Below are positions 1-12,361 of a DNA stretch of 64,000 bases, piece by piece. The stretch is taken from the NCBI GenBank assembly GCA_002104905.1, contig MCFE01000161.1, forward strand, positions 85,348-149,347, in the 5' to 3' direction. Position 1 is the first letter of the stretch. Each line of letters opens with the position of its first letter. Under the pieces are notes generated by a model. That model worked only from the letters and a program-made list of their open reading frames with translations, was not told the origin of the DNA and did not search any database. Origin of the DNA: Basidiobolus meristosporus CBS 931.73. Lineage: Eukaryota > Fungi > Basidiobolomycota. Position numbers and translations under genes: made by a program.

Positions 1-516
1 GAGAACAGCGATGGCATATTATGATTACTTACGATAGCCTGGTGGCCGATAAGGATCCATTTCCGCTAAAAAAACTTGGAAGATCGAATACAAGGAGAGG
101 TATTGTCAAATTTAACGTTCAACTCCCAATAGGATGTTTGATCAGTTTGAAGTTGAAGATGGCTGTTGATACACGTAGGCGAAAACGAAGTATGCGTAAA
201 TAATAAGCACGTTTTCGTTTAAGGTACTATGGAAACTAGTAGTATTCGCTTTGCCGTGTTGTGAGAAGTTTCCAACTGCTGGAATAGTTTCGTAAAATCT
301 GAGCTTTTACTTCATTACCTTGATTTGATGATGAATAGATGGTATTTTGAATGGAAATGGAAAAACGGCCTTGGATTCACGTGATTTCGAGGTACCATAA
401 AATTAGATCTGATACATTTTAAACAGTGTAGCGATGCAAATGACGTTTATTTTGTTCAAAATGCAGATGAGCAAATGGTATGGATGGAATGAATGTCATT
501 TATACCCCGAACATAA

Positions 517-1773
<1,257 letters not shown>

Positions 1774-2472
1774 TGTTAAAATTTACCCAAAGAGTTAACG
1801 ATTCGTTTCCGCGACCAAATAGAATTTATCATCCTAACATATCAATGATTGGCTCTGGGAAAAAACAGCAGTAAAAGCAATCTGATTATCCTGCAATTCA
1901 ATGATTTACCCCAAGCTGGTAACCAGTCCACTAATAGCTGACTCATATCTATGTGATGCGACAAAGTGATTATCAATCGTTTTTGCAACAACGTGTCCAA
2001 CGGTTTCGGCTCACATCATTCATCAGATTTAGTCTAGATTGTATGCAACAATGATCGTCATCAGTCAGAAGCATGATCGGTTTCGGCCTATGACACCTCA
2101 TTTGAAAAATAACCACAAGAGCTCATCAATACTGACTGATGCGTGGTCGGAACTGCGCATGCTGGTTGACTATGTCTCTGAACCCTAATCTCATTCCTCG
2201 AACCTGGTCTCTAATGCGAAAACACTCCTGCTGTATTGATTTAACAATGCCGCAAGGAATGGTATATAAAGCAACTAGGGATGAATCATCTCCAAATATT
2301 TCTTATTGCTGGATTGCTTCGAGCTCTCGCACTGAGCTCTTACCCACTCCACCCTTCCTAGTGTCCATCTAATACATAGAGGCCCTTGGGAACATTAAAT
2401 GTTAAGTTCCTTGCCGAATTCAGCCGCGAATACTCTCTCTTTCAACAGTCACAATCATCTGCAGAGTCCAAT

Positions 2473-3732
2473 ATGCTGACCTCGGCACCAGTATTCTCCA
2501 ACGTCAACAGTCAGTATGGGTCTGTGTTTACAGCAGCGATCGCTGCCCACAGCATCTCGATCATATGCTCAGCAATCGTCTTTCTGATATTAGTAGGTCT
2601 GAGGTATTACGACCGGCATCTGGTAGATCGGGTGTCATTGAGGTTGAACAAATGGGTAGCATTAGTGGATATTGGCTACTGTAGTGCTCAGATACTAAAC
2701 ATTCAAAACAATAACGATACCGTCTGGTGCATACTCAGCGTCTGGCTTCTCATATGGTTCACGCTGCTATATCTATTTTTAAATACCATGATAGCATTTA
2801 ATTTACAAATCGTTTTTGTCCATGGAAAGAGCAATACCTCGACCTACGTGAAATATTATTACATGACGTCGCTGTTCCTATCCTTGCTGATCAGCATCAC
2901 GCCCTTCTTTGGGCGCAAGTACGGTTTCTACTCTGTCTCTGGTACGTGTTGGTGGACGAACGGCTACACCTCAAAGACCATCTTATGGGAGTGGATGACC
3001 TACTTGGGCTGGATCGTTATCAGCGTCCTCTATTGCATCATCGCCATTAGTCTGGTGACCTACAAGTTAATCAAGGAGAGCCGACTGATCCGTGCACACA
3101 TCCACCATACAGCTAACCAAGAACTTGGATCCGAATGGCAGGGAAAAACCAACATTGACAAGGATATTTTGAAGGCTGTACGTCGTATCATACTGTATCC
3201 AATGATTCCAATCTTCACGCAAGGCATCAACATTGTTCAGGAGATGGATATATACATTCACCGCCGAGCGAACTTCTCGCTGTTTTTTTTGGCTTACTTT
3301 GCCGGTTCATTGCAGGGCACATTAAACGCAATTGTTTTATTGTTCGATCCGGCAGTGGTCCATGCGTGGCAGCGAATTCGGGCTGACCTTACTGATCGCT
3401 ATGTGCACTCTGTAACTTCGTCCGATTCCTTGGAAGTGGGTATCACTTCATGGAAGCCAAAAATACTCTTCTGGTGCATAACGAGATGCCTGCTTACTAA
3501 TAACGCAAGCTCGGCTGAGAATCGGGCTTCTGAGCGTCCTTATTTGGTCCATTTAAATCAAGCTATCAACTCGGATATGAGCCTCTCCATAGCCGGTGCA
3601 GAGGAGCGCAGATATGACGTTTATTCGGTTAATCATCAAAACTCAGAAGCGAATAAGGTTGAGATTTGCAGCGAACGGAAGAGCACAAGCCATTCCGAAA
3701 GATTTCCTAAAGACACTTCGTTGTACTTATAA
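2473..3732 (+). CDS. 7TM GPCR-like protein (cAMP-receptor/Git3-like), single exon
   Basis: Seven hydrophobic segments, DRVSLRL after TM1, TCWW in ECL2, RRIILYP in TM6 and QGTLNAIVLLFDP in TM7. First ATG at 2473; the ORF track starts at a TTG at 2386. Confidence 0.8.
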   Translation: MLTSAPVFSNVNSQYGSVFTAAIAAHSISIICSAIVFLILVGLRYYDRHLVDRVSLRLNKWVALVDIGYCSAQILNIQNNNDTVWCILSVWLLIWFTLLYLFLNTMIAFNLQIVFVHGKSNTSTYVKYYYMTSLFLSLLISITPFFGRKYGFYSVSGTCWWTNGYTSKTILWEWMTYLGWIVISVLYCIIAISLVTYKLIKESRLIRAHIHHTANQELGSEWQGKTNIDKDILKAVRRIILYPMIPIFTQGINIVQEMDIYIHRRANFSLFFLAYFAGSLQGTLNAIVLLFDPAVVHAWQRIRADLTDRYVHSVTSSDSLEVGITSWKPKILFWCITRCLLTNNASSAENRASERPYLVHLNQAINSDMSLSIAGAEERRYDVYSVNHQNSEANKVEICSERKSTSHSERFPKDTSLYL

Positions 3733-3944
3733 TTACATCTGCCATATACTTGTACAGTCACTTCACATTACTCTATTCGTCGTTTGAGATGAACGCCTAT
3801 TCCTCTGCCGACCTCTTTGATGACTTTCTCCACGGCTTAGATAAGATCGCATACATCGGCGCCAAGTGCTAAATAAACGATACCTACTGGGGCTGGATGA
3901 GTGTGCTATAAATTTTATTCGATATTCATTAAAAGGGCCATGCA

Positions 3945-5476
3945 TCATTGGGCTTTTTGATGCTCCGGTGCGTGACTGGTTTCATAGTCAACGTGAACAA
4001 AAGCGCGCTCCACATTTGGTAGCGTTTCTAGTTTGATTTGCAAACTTTCTCCTATGTCATGGCTCTCGTACAGAGGTGTTTCTGGTAGCATCACTATATC
4101 TACTTCGACAAATAGATTGTAGCCGGCGTGATAAGCACGACAAGTATCAACTTGCAAGACTTTAGGATGATGGGTCAATGCTACAATCAGAGCTCATTAA
4201 AAACAAGAAGCGTAGCAACGAGCGTTGTTTGGATTACCGATATATGTTACTTTCTTCAGGAAATTCGTGTCTGCTGACTTGCCAACTATCAGCTGAATAT
4301 TTTCTAAAGATGAGTAGCGTGGTAAGTTCAATTGGTTAACCCATTCTGTTTTGGTAAAAATGGCAAACCATATGCAGTAGCTGTCCATGATCGAAGTATG
4401 ACAAGCGCCACTATCAAGGCCCCCACCGGATCAATCCACCAGTAAATCTTGCTTCCCAATAACGAGGCAGTTAAACCAAAGCCATTGACTAGAAGGTCAT
4501 TCTGGTGATCTTGTGCGAATGTTTTGGCAGCAGGAAATTCTCTGAGTGTTCGACAGTAAAGGAATAGAACAAATTTGGTCCCCAAGGCAATCGAGACGCA
4601 CACTATACTCCATGTATCCAGCTTTGGTGAGTGATCACGCCCAAGTAGAGTCCTGACGCCTTCAATCTGTGAAATACGTGTGAAAACCACATCCAGTATA
4701 TATAACCATAACCTACATACAATCAACTCCAAAGAAAGAGTGCCCATTAACGCTGAAAAAACAATAATTCCAACGGTCTCCATACGAGCTTTACCCTAAG
4801 AGGCTTTTGATTAGACTTATTTTTGGCAGCTTAGCTCCCATACGTACAGTGGGATATTTGAGTATATTGCTTCTGGCGGCTGCACGGGCAGCAAAAACCA
4901 AGACTGCACTAGAGAAGAGATCCATGAACGAGTCGGCCATGGTGGCGAATAAGGACAATGATTTGGAAGCGATTGCTGCATATAGCTGCAGCATAAATAA
5001 TATGATATTTGCGGCAAAAGAGCCATATACCGCCACCTTGACCTTTACGTGACCAACGTTAGAAGTATGTAAATTTGCGTAATCGAGATACAGCAGCATA
5101 CTTTGAGTAAGTGAGAATCATCCTCTGAACCGCTGATATTCACGGGGGTTAGAAAGTCGTCGATAATCTGGTTCTGTTCCTCATAGAAGTCATATACACT
5201 TTTTCCTTGGTTTTTTTTCACTTGTTGTAATTCATCGAATGACATTCGCCTGGAACCTAGTAGTAGAGGATCCGACTCATCTTGAGTGTCCGAGTCGTGT
5301 TCGAAATCCTGAGGACTAGCTGCACGGTGTACAAGGTGAGACGTACGACTTAAATTCGGTAAGTAACCTGTACTCAAGGTAGGTGGACTAGGACAAACAG
5401 TGATTTCTTCCTGAAAGGAACATGGTAACATCTCTATAGAATATTGAGTTGAACTGGTTGCGCTAGGTGGACGCAT
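3945..5476 (-). CDS. Cation diffusion facilitator (MTP8-11-like Mn/metal transporter), multi-exon
   Basis: Exon pieces: SLSLFATMADSFMDLFSS, ETVGIIVFSALM, AQDHQNDLLVNGFGL, WWIDPVGAL, RAYHAG..LFVEVDIV, HDIGESLQIKLETLPNVERAFVHVDYE..H.PEH. Confidence 0.93.
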
Positions 5477-6185
5477 TTTGCTACAGTATTCTTCCGACTA
5501 CTACCATGACTGTTCAAAGCTTATATAGGTCACTGGAAATAACACCCCTTAGACGATGACTCATTTTCCACGGTTTTAATTCAGTTGATATGACTGCCTG
5601 TTTGTAACGTGTTCACCAAGTGATTGTCTTACCAATAAAAGGAAATATGTGGATTCCTAGGATAATATGGTTTAGCCACCCAAGATTTAACCTAAACTGT
5701 AATTCCCCAAAATGATATAAGATATGAACATCTGAAAACGATATAATTTTTGCATTCAGGTCAAGTATATTCTGGAAACGATCAATTCAATGATTCCAGG
5801 GTACATTAACAAAGTTCGAATTACAAGAATAATAAATCAGATCTAAAACAGTCTAGAGTTGAAATCAGTAGCCAATTAACCTGTGATCTCGTGGTAACCA
5901 AAAGGCTGGTAGATAGGGTGGTATTTACACCAAAACTGGCTCTCGCTTTTATTACTTCAGACAATCTAGGTCATGATAATCGGTTATCTACATTTAGTGA
6001 CTATTTTGTATATAACGTTGACGTAGCTGTAAAAGAAATCTCGCAGATATGGATTATTACTAATATTGAATCGGAGATAATACGGAATATTTTGACAGCC
6101 CCTTTTGATAGCTAGTTTATGAAGTTTATTAATTAATTACGCAAAATATAAAGAATAGTCTAATGTTTACGGAGTCTATAATTGA

Positions 6186-7115
6186 TTATTTTATGATATG
6201 GAGAGTTGGAGACTCGATATGCGGAGCGTTGCTATTTTCGGGCTGCTCGTTAAGCAGCGTTCCTTGAAAGTATCCCGTAGTATTGTTCTCCGGACTGTTT
6301 TCTGAGGACCATGCACTTTTGCGCCTCCTGTGGGTGGCTTGCATCATCTCTGACATCATTTTACTTTTTACTGCCCCTATACAAATCAACATTAGATATG
6401 TGTTCTTTGAAAATTTTTGAAGTAAACTCTTACACCCAATATAGAGAAGATACCAAGAATTGGCAACGTTTAGAGTGATAGTGATGGCCAATGCTATGTC
6501 GCAGGTGATAATAACTAATGCGAAAATTGCTCCATCTCTTGCCAAGATTCGATAAATCCCTTTGTTGTTGAACCGCGAGAGGTGAATAATATTGAAAACA
6601 AAGATGGCGCTTAATAGGATCATGATTGTGGTAGTGGTTGATACCAACGTCAGCGTGTACGCAAGCGGGAAATGGATCGTGCAACCACCTAGTGGCCCTT
6701 TAGTATAGTTGAAATGAGAAAACATCTCAATAAGACAGAACATCTCTAATCCTTGTAAAGCGATGCAAATGAATGCTACTAGCTTTGTTGACAGTGCTGT
6801 GTGATATGCCTTGAGATAGAGAATCAGGTGAATGCACGATAGCGAGATAAAGGATGTTGTGTGATACTGAATGGTAATGGCGAAGCAATCTTTATCTGTC
6901 CGCATTTCCAGTATGACTTCCAATAGGCTGTTGATGCATCTAACAAGAGCTTGAATGAAGTTCAATTTGTAGACCAAAGCCGTCTCTTTCATAGCAATCC
7001 GGGTGGCATGGTAAGCACCTTCTAGAGCTAATGGAAGTGAGATGCCAATCATAACTATGGTGATGCTATCATGTAGCTGCGCATATTCAATTGCATCGGA
7101 GGTTGGATAGTCCAT
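6186..7115 (-). CDS. Orphan multi-pass (about 7TM) membrane protein with an in-frame 57-nt intron
   Basis: The 309-aa ORF has about 7 hydrophobic helices and a Ser/Asn-rich tail. GTAAG...CTAAT...TAG at 6433-6377 is a plausible in-frame intron; removing it gives LLYIGWAVKSKMM. Confidence 0.7.
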   Translation of the reverse strand: MDYPTSDAIEYAQLHDSITIVMIGISLPLALEGAYHATRIAMKETALVYKLNFIQALVRCINSLLEVILEMRTDKDCFAITIQYHTTSFISLSCIHLILYLKAYHTALSTKLVAFICIALQGLEMFCLIEMFSHFNYTKGPLGGCTIHFPLAYTLTLVSTTTTIMILLSAIFVFNIIHLSRFNNKGIYRILARDGAIFALVIITCDIALAITITLNVANSWYLLYIGCKSLLQKFSKNTYLMLICIGAVKSKMMSEMMQATHRRRKSAWSSENSPENNTTGYFQGTLLNEQPENSNAPHIESPTLHIIK

Positions 7116-9675
7116 CGGAGGCGATTAGAGCAGCAATAGAGCGAAGTAAGGCCTTGGCTTTATACAAGAAATCTCAGGTTAGTTCATATCGTTAGACATT
7201 AAAGTACCAGTGTTTTCATTGCCTACTATGATTGTCCCACGTAACTTGTTTCTGTTTGCTGTAGTACGCCCTCCGGCTTCTGTAACATATGCCAATTTGA
7301 AAAGATGAGATCTGCACAATCAGGGATTGAAAGTAGTGCTGAATGAAAAAACTTTCATTTGAGCGATTTGGTATTACTTCCTAGATATAAGTAGGACACG
7401 GTTACCAATACATGCTCTGTGCAAATTTATTTTGGAGGTACATCGGCAAGAACTGCACGCCGAAACCCATTTTTTAGATATCGAGATCTTGATTCTGAAC
7501 AAATCATAAGCCACTGCTCAGTATAGATTTAACACTGGTTATAGTGCAAACTGGATAAAATCAACGGCAGTAAATGCATTACCGAAAACAAGCTTGGGTA
7601 ACGATAGGCGCACTGTAAGAACGAATGTGCCACCTTGCATACATTTATCATGTTTTCTGGAAAGTAAAACGTTCAAACTTGATCCAGAAACTGAAACATA
7701 GACCCTTAAGCTGTCTCAAGATCCTCCTTTGTTTCATTTTGAGAACCACCGATATGGATTTGAAAGGTGAGGGCATATGGATGAATGCCGTGTTCTATCG
7801 AAACAAGCACCAGACCGTTCTTGCGACTATGTACAGATAGTATCATAAGCTACACCAGAAAGGCAAGATTCAGATGATCGTACAAAGTAAAATGAGTTTC
7901 TCACACAAGAGGCCCTATTAAAGAGCTTTGATAGTTCACTTGGGCTCACAGCTTTGAAATGGGTTTTCCTTATCGAGACAATCGTTTTCACTTTCATTAC
8001 CTATCCAAAATTGCCGTGAATCTTTTAAATTATACTACAATTACATATTTGGTGTCGGGACTCCTCGCTGTAGCTGGAATCCTGTCCCAATTCGGATTGA
8101 AGAGCACAGTTTCGTACCCGTGAATTAACAGTTGTATATAAATCCGCGGATTTTCCACCTTTTCTCAATCTGACTCCCAACATTAGGATCATTTTACTTT
8201 TTGGATCTGCGGTAACGACCCCAGGTTATCAGGGTTCTATTGCGATAATAGACATCCTTTAGCAGCCTTTCACATTTTGTCAATCATTGATCAACCTTTT
8301 TTCCTGCATATTTTTCCTCAAAAATATCTTTATGGAGGGAGAGGAGTCTCATCCATCATGCTTTTCCTCAGAGGGCTCTTCATTAATCCCAAAGGCAATA
8401 GCCCGCCATTCTGGAGATGAATATGCACAAGAGCTCCGCTAGACCGGAGCCTCAGAGCAGTCATCAACAGGATCTAGATGCTGCACACAAGACGGAGATC
8501 GAGACTCGTCGATATCAAAAAGGTAAATCAGTGGAATCTGTACGTAATTGCACGTACAAAGCATAGCGGCCTCACCATCAGGAGATGTCACAGATGGGTT
8601 CACATGCGGTAAATGTATTTAGTATTTCGTCTGTATTTCATTCCATTTTAACCTAGCTTCACTCTAGTACATCCATCCATCGCGAGTGATGGGTTTCCCC
8701 ACACCCATATCACCCGCATCTCCATTAGATCAGGTTATCTTGTGACACAGACGCTTCTCTGTCATGGAAGGAAGCATAACCCCCTAATCCCATAGAGCCC
8801 CCAAAGTTTACAATTAGAGGTCGTTTAGGCCAAGATAAACCACTCTCATGGAACGCGTTGACATACGATGAGAGGGGAGTAACATACAGAGAGAGTATGC
8901 ATAGTCCAGCAGCAACGCCTACTCGCAGAATGGAATACTGTGACTACTGCGACAACTATACATTTACGATGCTACAGCAGTGTGGACATCGGTACGAATT
9001 TATGGCACATCCTACAGTGTGTATCTGCTAGATTTCCACATAATTCATACTCATCAACTATTAGGAGTTGTTTCCAATGCTGGTCTCTTTACAGCCTATC
9101 CAAAAAATCTGGTCATAAATTCGGTTATAACTCGTTTTAACGGCATTGAACAGCACAACATCAATGAAACTCTTCTATTGCGCATGGTATTGATTCTCAT
9201 CCTGCCTTGCCCTCTTTGAAAACTACCTCTAATTGTCCCCAGGTTCGAGCAGGGTTAATGGTTCCTAATTTCACTGAGAAGCAAAAATCAATGCTGTTAA
9301 CAATAAGTATAAGCTTGTGGAATTGTGTTGGGTTTCATTTCATTGAACAACTGTACGATTTAGAACCTGGAGTGTCCTTATGATCTGGCCCATAATTTTT
9401 CCACGGCTTCCTTCACTAACACAAACAAGCCATTTGAAGATAGTTTTAGATTCGCACTTGCTAATAATCCGACTCCTTAAATTGATCAAAACATCTACAC
9501 AAGCACCGTTTAACAAGCACTCTGCAAAATCTCCTTCTACCTTGTGCACTGCAGGGATTTCCAAATCAATATTTGATACAACAAAGTATTATCAAAGTCA
9601 AATAGAAACGCTCGGGAATCAAGGTTAGTCTTACTCTCTGATATAACCAACTACAAATACTTATCGATTCGCCCA

Positions 9676-9867
9676 GCAATAGAAGCAGAAAAAAAGGTTC
9701 AGAATCTTTCGCAAGATAACCTTAAGCAAAACATTCTTATAATGTAAAATGAGGAACTCAAGAACGAACTAAAGCGAGCTCAAGCAGAAAATATTGCTTT
9801 GCGCAAACGTATTCAAAAAATAGAAAGGTTTGTTTTTGCGCCCTCTTCCACATCTACTGTTTCTTAG
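9676..9867 (+). pseudogene. Possible decayed coiled-coil coding remnant
   Basis: The frame reads AIEAEKKVQNLSQDNLKQNILIM*NEELKNELKRAQAENIALRKRIQKIERF with one in-frame TAA (9745-9747). No family recognised. Confidence 0.25.
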
Positions 9868-12361
9868 CTCTCCGTTACAGTACGCTCAATCAGGTTTCAT
9901 GACTTGATTTAACTTGACATGCGAGTTGGATTTTATGATTGCTATGCGCTTTATAGATTGCTCAGTTCGTACGTGCTTATGTTAATCAATAGCTACTTGA
10001 ATCTATATTTTGCTGATCTTCAAATCTATATCTGCATATTTGAAGAAAAATATGTAGTATATATGTATTACTCTACAACGATGTTGATAAAACTTTGGCC
10101 CTAAACCTTGGAAGATTGCTATGTCTATCTACAACCTAAAAAGCAGCGTTAGTACCGAGGGGACTTGGAAAATAGACCCATAGTGGTAGCGTGGTACTTG
10201 ACCACTAGACTGCCTCTTGATCACTGTGTGTTGGCCGCTATTAATCCACTTTACGGTGAAGATCTTGAATTCCAAGGAATTGTATGGAGAATGATTTGTC
10301 CCTAAAAGGTATCGCCCTGTTGATCATTAGATGTCAAGACAGCTAACTTGAGCAAAACCTCTAGTCAAACTTCGTATTTTGATTACAGAAGTAGCATTAT
10401 AACTTAATTATATTCTAACAATTGCATCGTCATGTGTTGGCCAAATAACATGAAGTTCATTATTCTCCCCTAGAATTATTTATGGTTGGTAGGACAGATA
10501 AGCGATAATTTCCAAAGCTTGCCCTTGATACATCATGTGACAAAGCTCTCCATGAAGACACATAATAGTTGACCCGCTATTTCATGTCCGCTCCAAACCA
10601 AAGTTCCAAGATATCAACATTTATCTTCAAGTTTTCCAACGGGGCTCAATTCCAGAAGAGTGAAGATGAATTTCTATATACAGTTGAAAATGCGTAGAAT
10701 TGGCACTGATTATAAATCAGTGGTAATCAAACAAAAAACCATTAATTTATACATATCTATCTGGAAACATGAAGCAGACATCTGACATAAGATACACTGC
10801 AGTCAAGTATCAATATAGCTAATGACTTCTGCTTGAATGGGGTATTCTTCAAATAGAAAATCACAGTTGATCATGCGAGGGTTTGCTCATCGATTTCTGA
10901 ACCAGCTTATTCATCGGTTTGCGGTACAACAGGAATTTGAGATTGGGCAACAGCTCACGAAGTATAGATGTGCTATTCTGAGATCAAGAACAAGCAGTAT
11001 GGCTGGGTTTGTGATACTGATTGCTTTCCACGGTCAAGTAAAACTATTTCCCAATTCGTAGTCTGATGCCGGGGCATGTAGAACAATGCATGTTGCTAAT
11101 TTTCAGACGAAGCCTCGATTGTGAGTTATGTAGATAGCAATGGGTTAGAAATCTAAACGGTCCAATCTCACATTCAAGCCATCCACATCAGATAGGGTAT
11201 GCCACATGATCCAACCTCGAGCGTTAAGCAAATGATCAAGGATAACCGCAAGTGCTGAAAAGTTCTACATAAAATGGTTCAGGGATTCTCGGTGGATGTA
11301 AGACGGCTTTTTGTGCAAGATCACTAATAACCAATGTGCTTCCACATCAAATCTATAGCTCAAATGGCCTCCAACCTTTCCGGTTATCTAGAACTTTGAT
11401 GCACACTTCACTAAACAGACCATTATATCCTAAATGAGAAGTACCAGTACCAATTAAAGTTCGCCGTTGCGGGAAGTGACCCGGAGCCTATTACGATACT
11501 CCATCTTAGATGCAATCATGTAGGAGCTTACTATTCTTGCTACAAGGAGGCTATCAACAAGTGAGCAATCAAATAGCCAGCATACAGCTTGTCGATAATG
11601 AGCCCTACCTCTAATGCATATCATACGTATGGAAGCTGCACCAAATTCTAGTTCCCAACCTGCGAATTTTGAACAGGCGTGAAAGATCGTCATTCTGTTT
11701 GCTTATGTATAGATATGCATATATGTGCACACCGAGAATACACGAATTCAATATGATTAATTAAATTTGGAATAAAAAGTTAGATTGGCAGGAAAGTGTG
11801 TCTAAGCCATAAAACAAACGGGTTGCTCGTCTGGATTGCCATATATACATGACCTCACTACATCACAGTACTTGAGCCGAAAGAACTATACATGCTCTTC
11901 TGAGCGTCACGATCCGAGAATACCAAGTGATATGGTCAGGCTAATCTAACATTTATCCAACCGGAGTTGTTGGCACATCGGGGGTTGGCCTCTTTCAAAC
12001 GTAAGAAGTGCATGGTTCTTACCAAGTATGCTGCTAAATTAAATTTGGTGAGCTCAATGTGCAAGTACGATCATAGTCCAAGGCACATAATTCAATCAAT
12101 CTGATAGTCTGATTTGACTTTTTAGACATTCCTCCGCGTATTTGCCCCCCTTTATGGATGCTATAAAAGCCGCTTTAGAAGTCTGCTGGAATCGTTTGAA
12201 GTCCACCATTTCTGTCCTATACCCATTTAGACTATTAGATCGCGCATACAATCAAACCGGCTTTTCACCACATCGTCACCATTTTTTGAATGAGCTTAAA
12301 GACAGCTACTCCAAGGATCCCTTGTCGAGTGGGATTCCCATCCAACTTAGTTCAAACGAAC

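Noticed and set aside
9745-9747. In-frame TAA as a sign of stop-codon reassignment
   Set aside because: Bona fide genes in the window (XDH, DOCK, G-alpha, cyanase, transposases) terminate at TAA.
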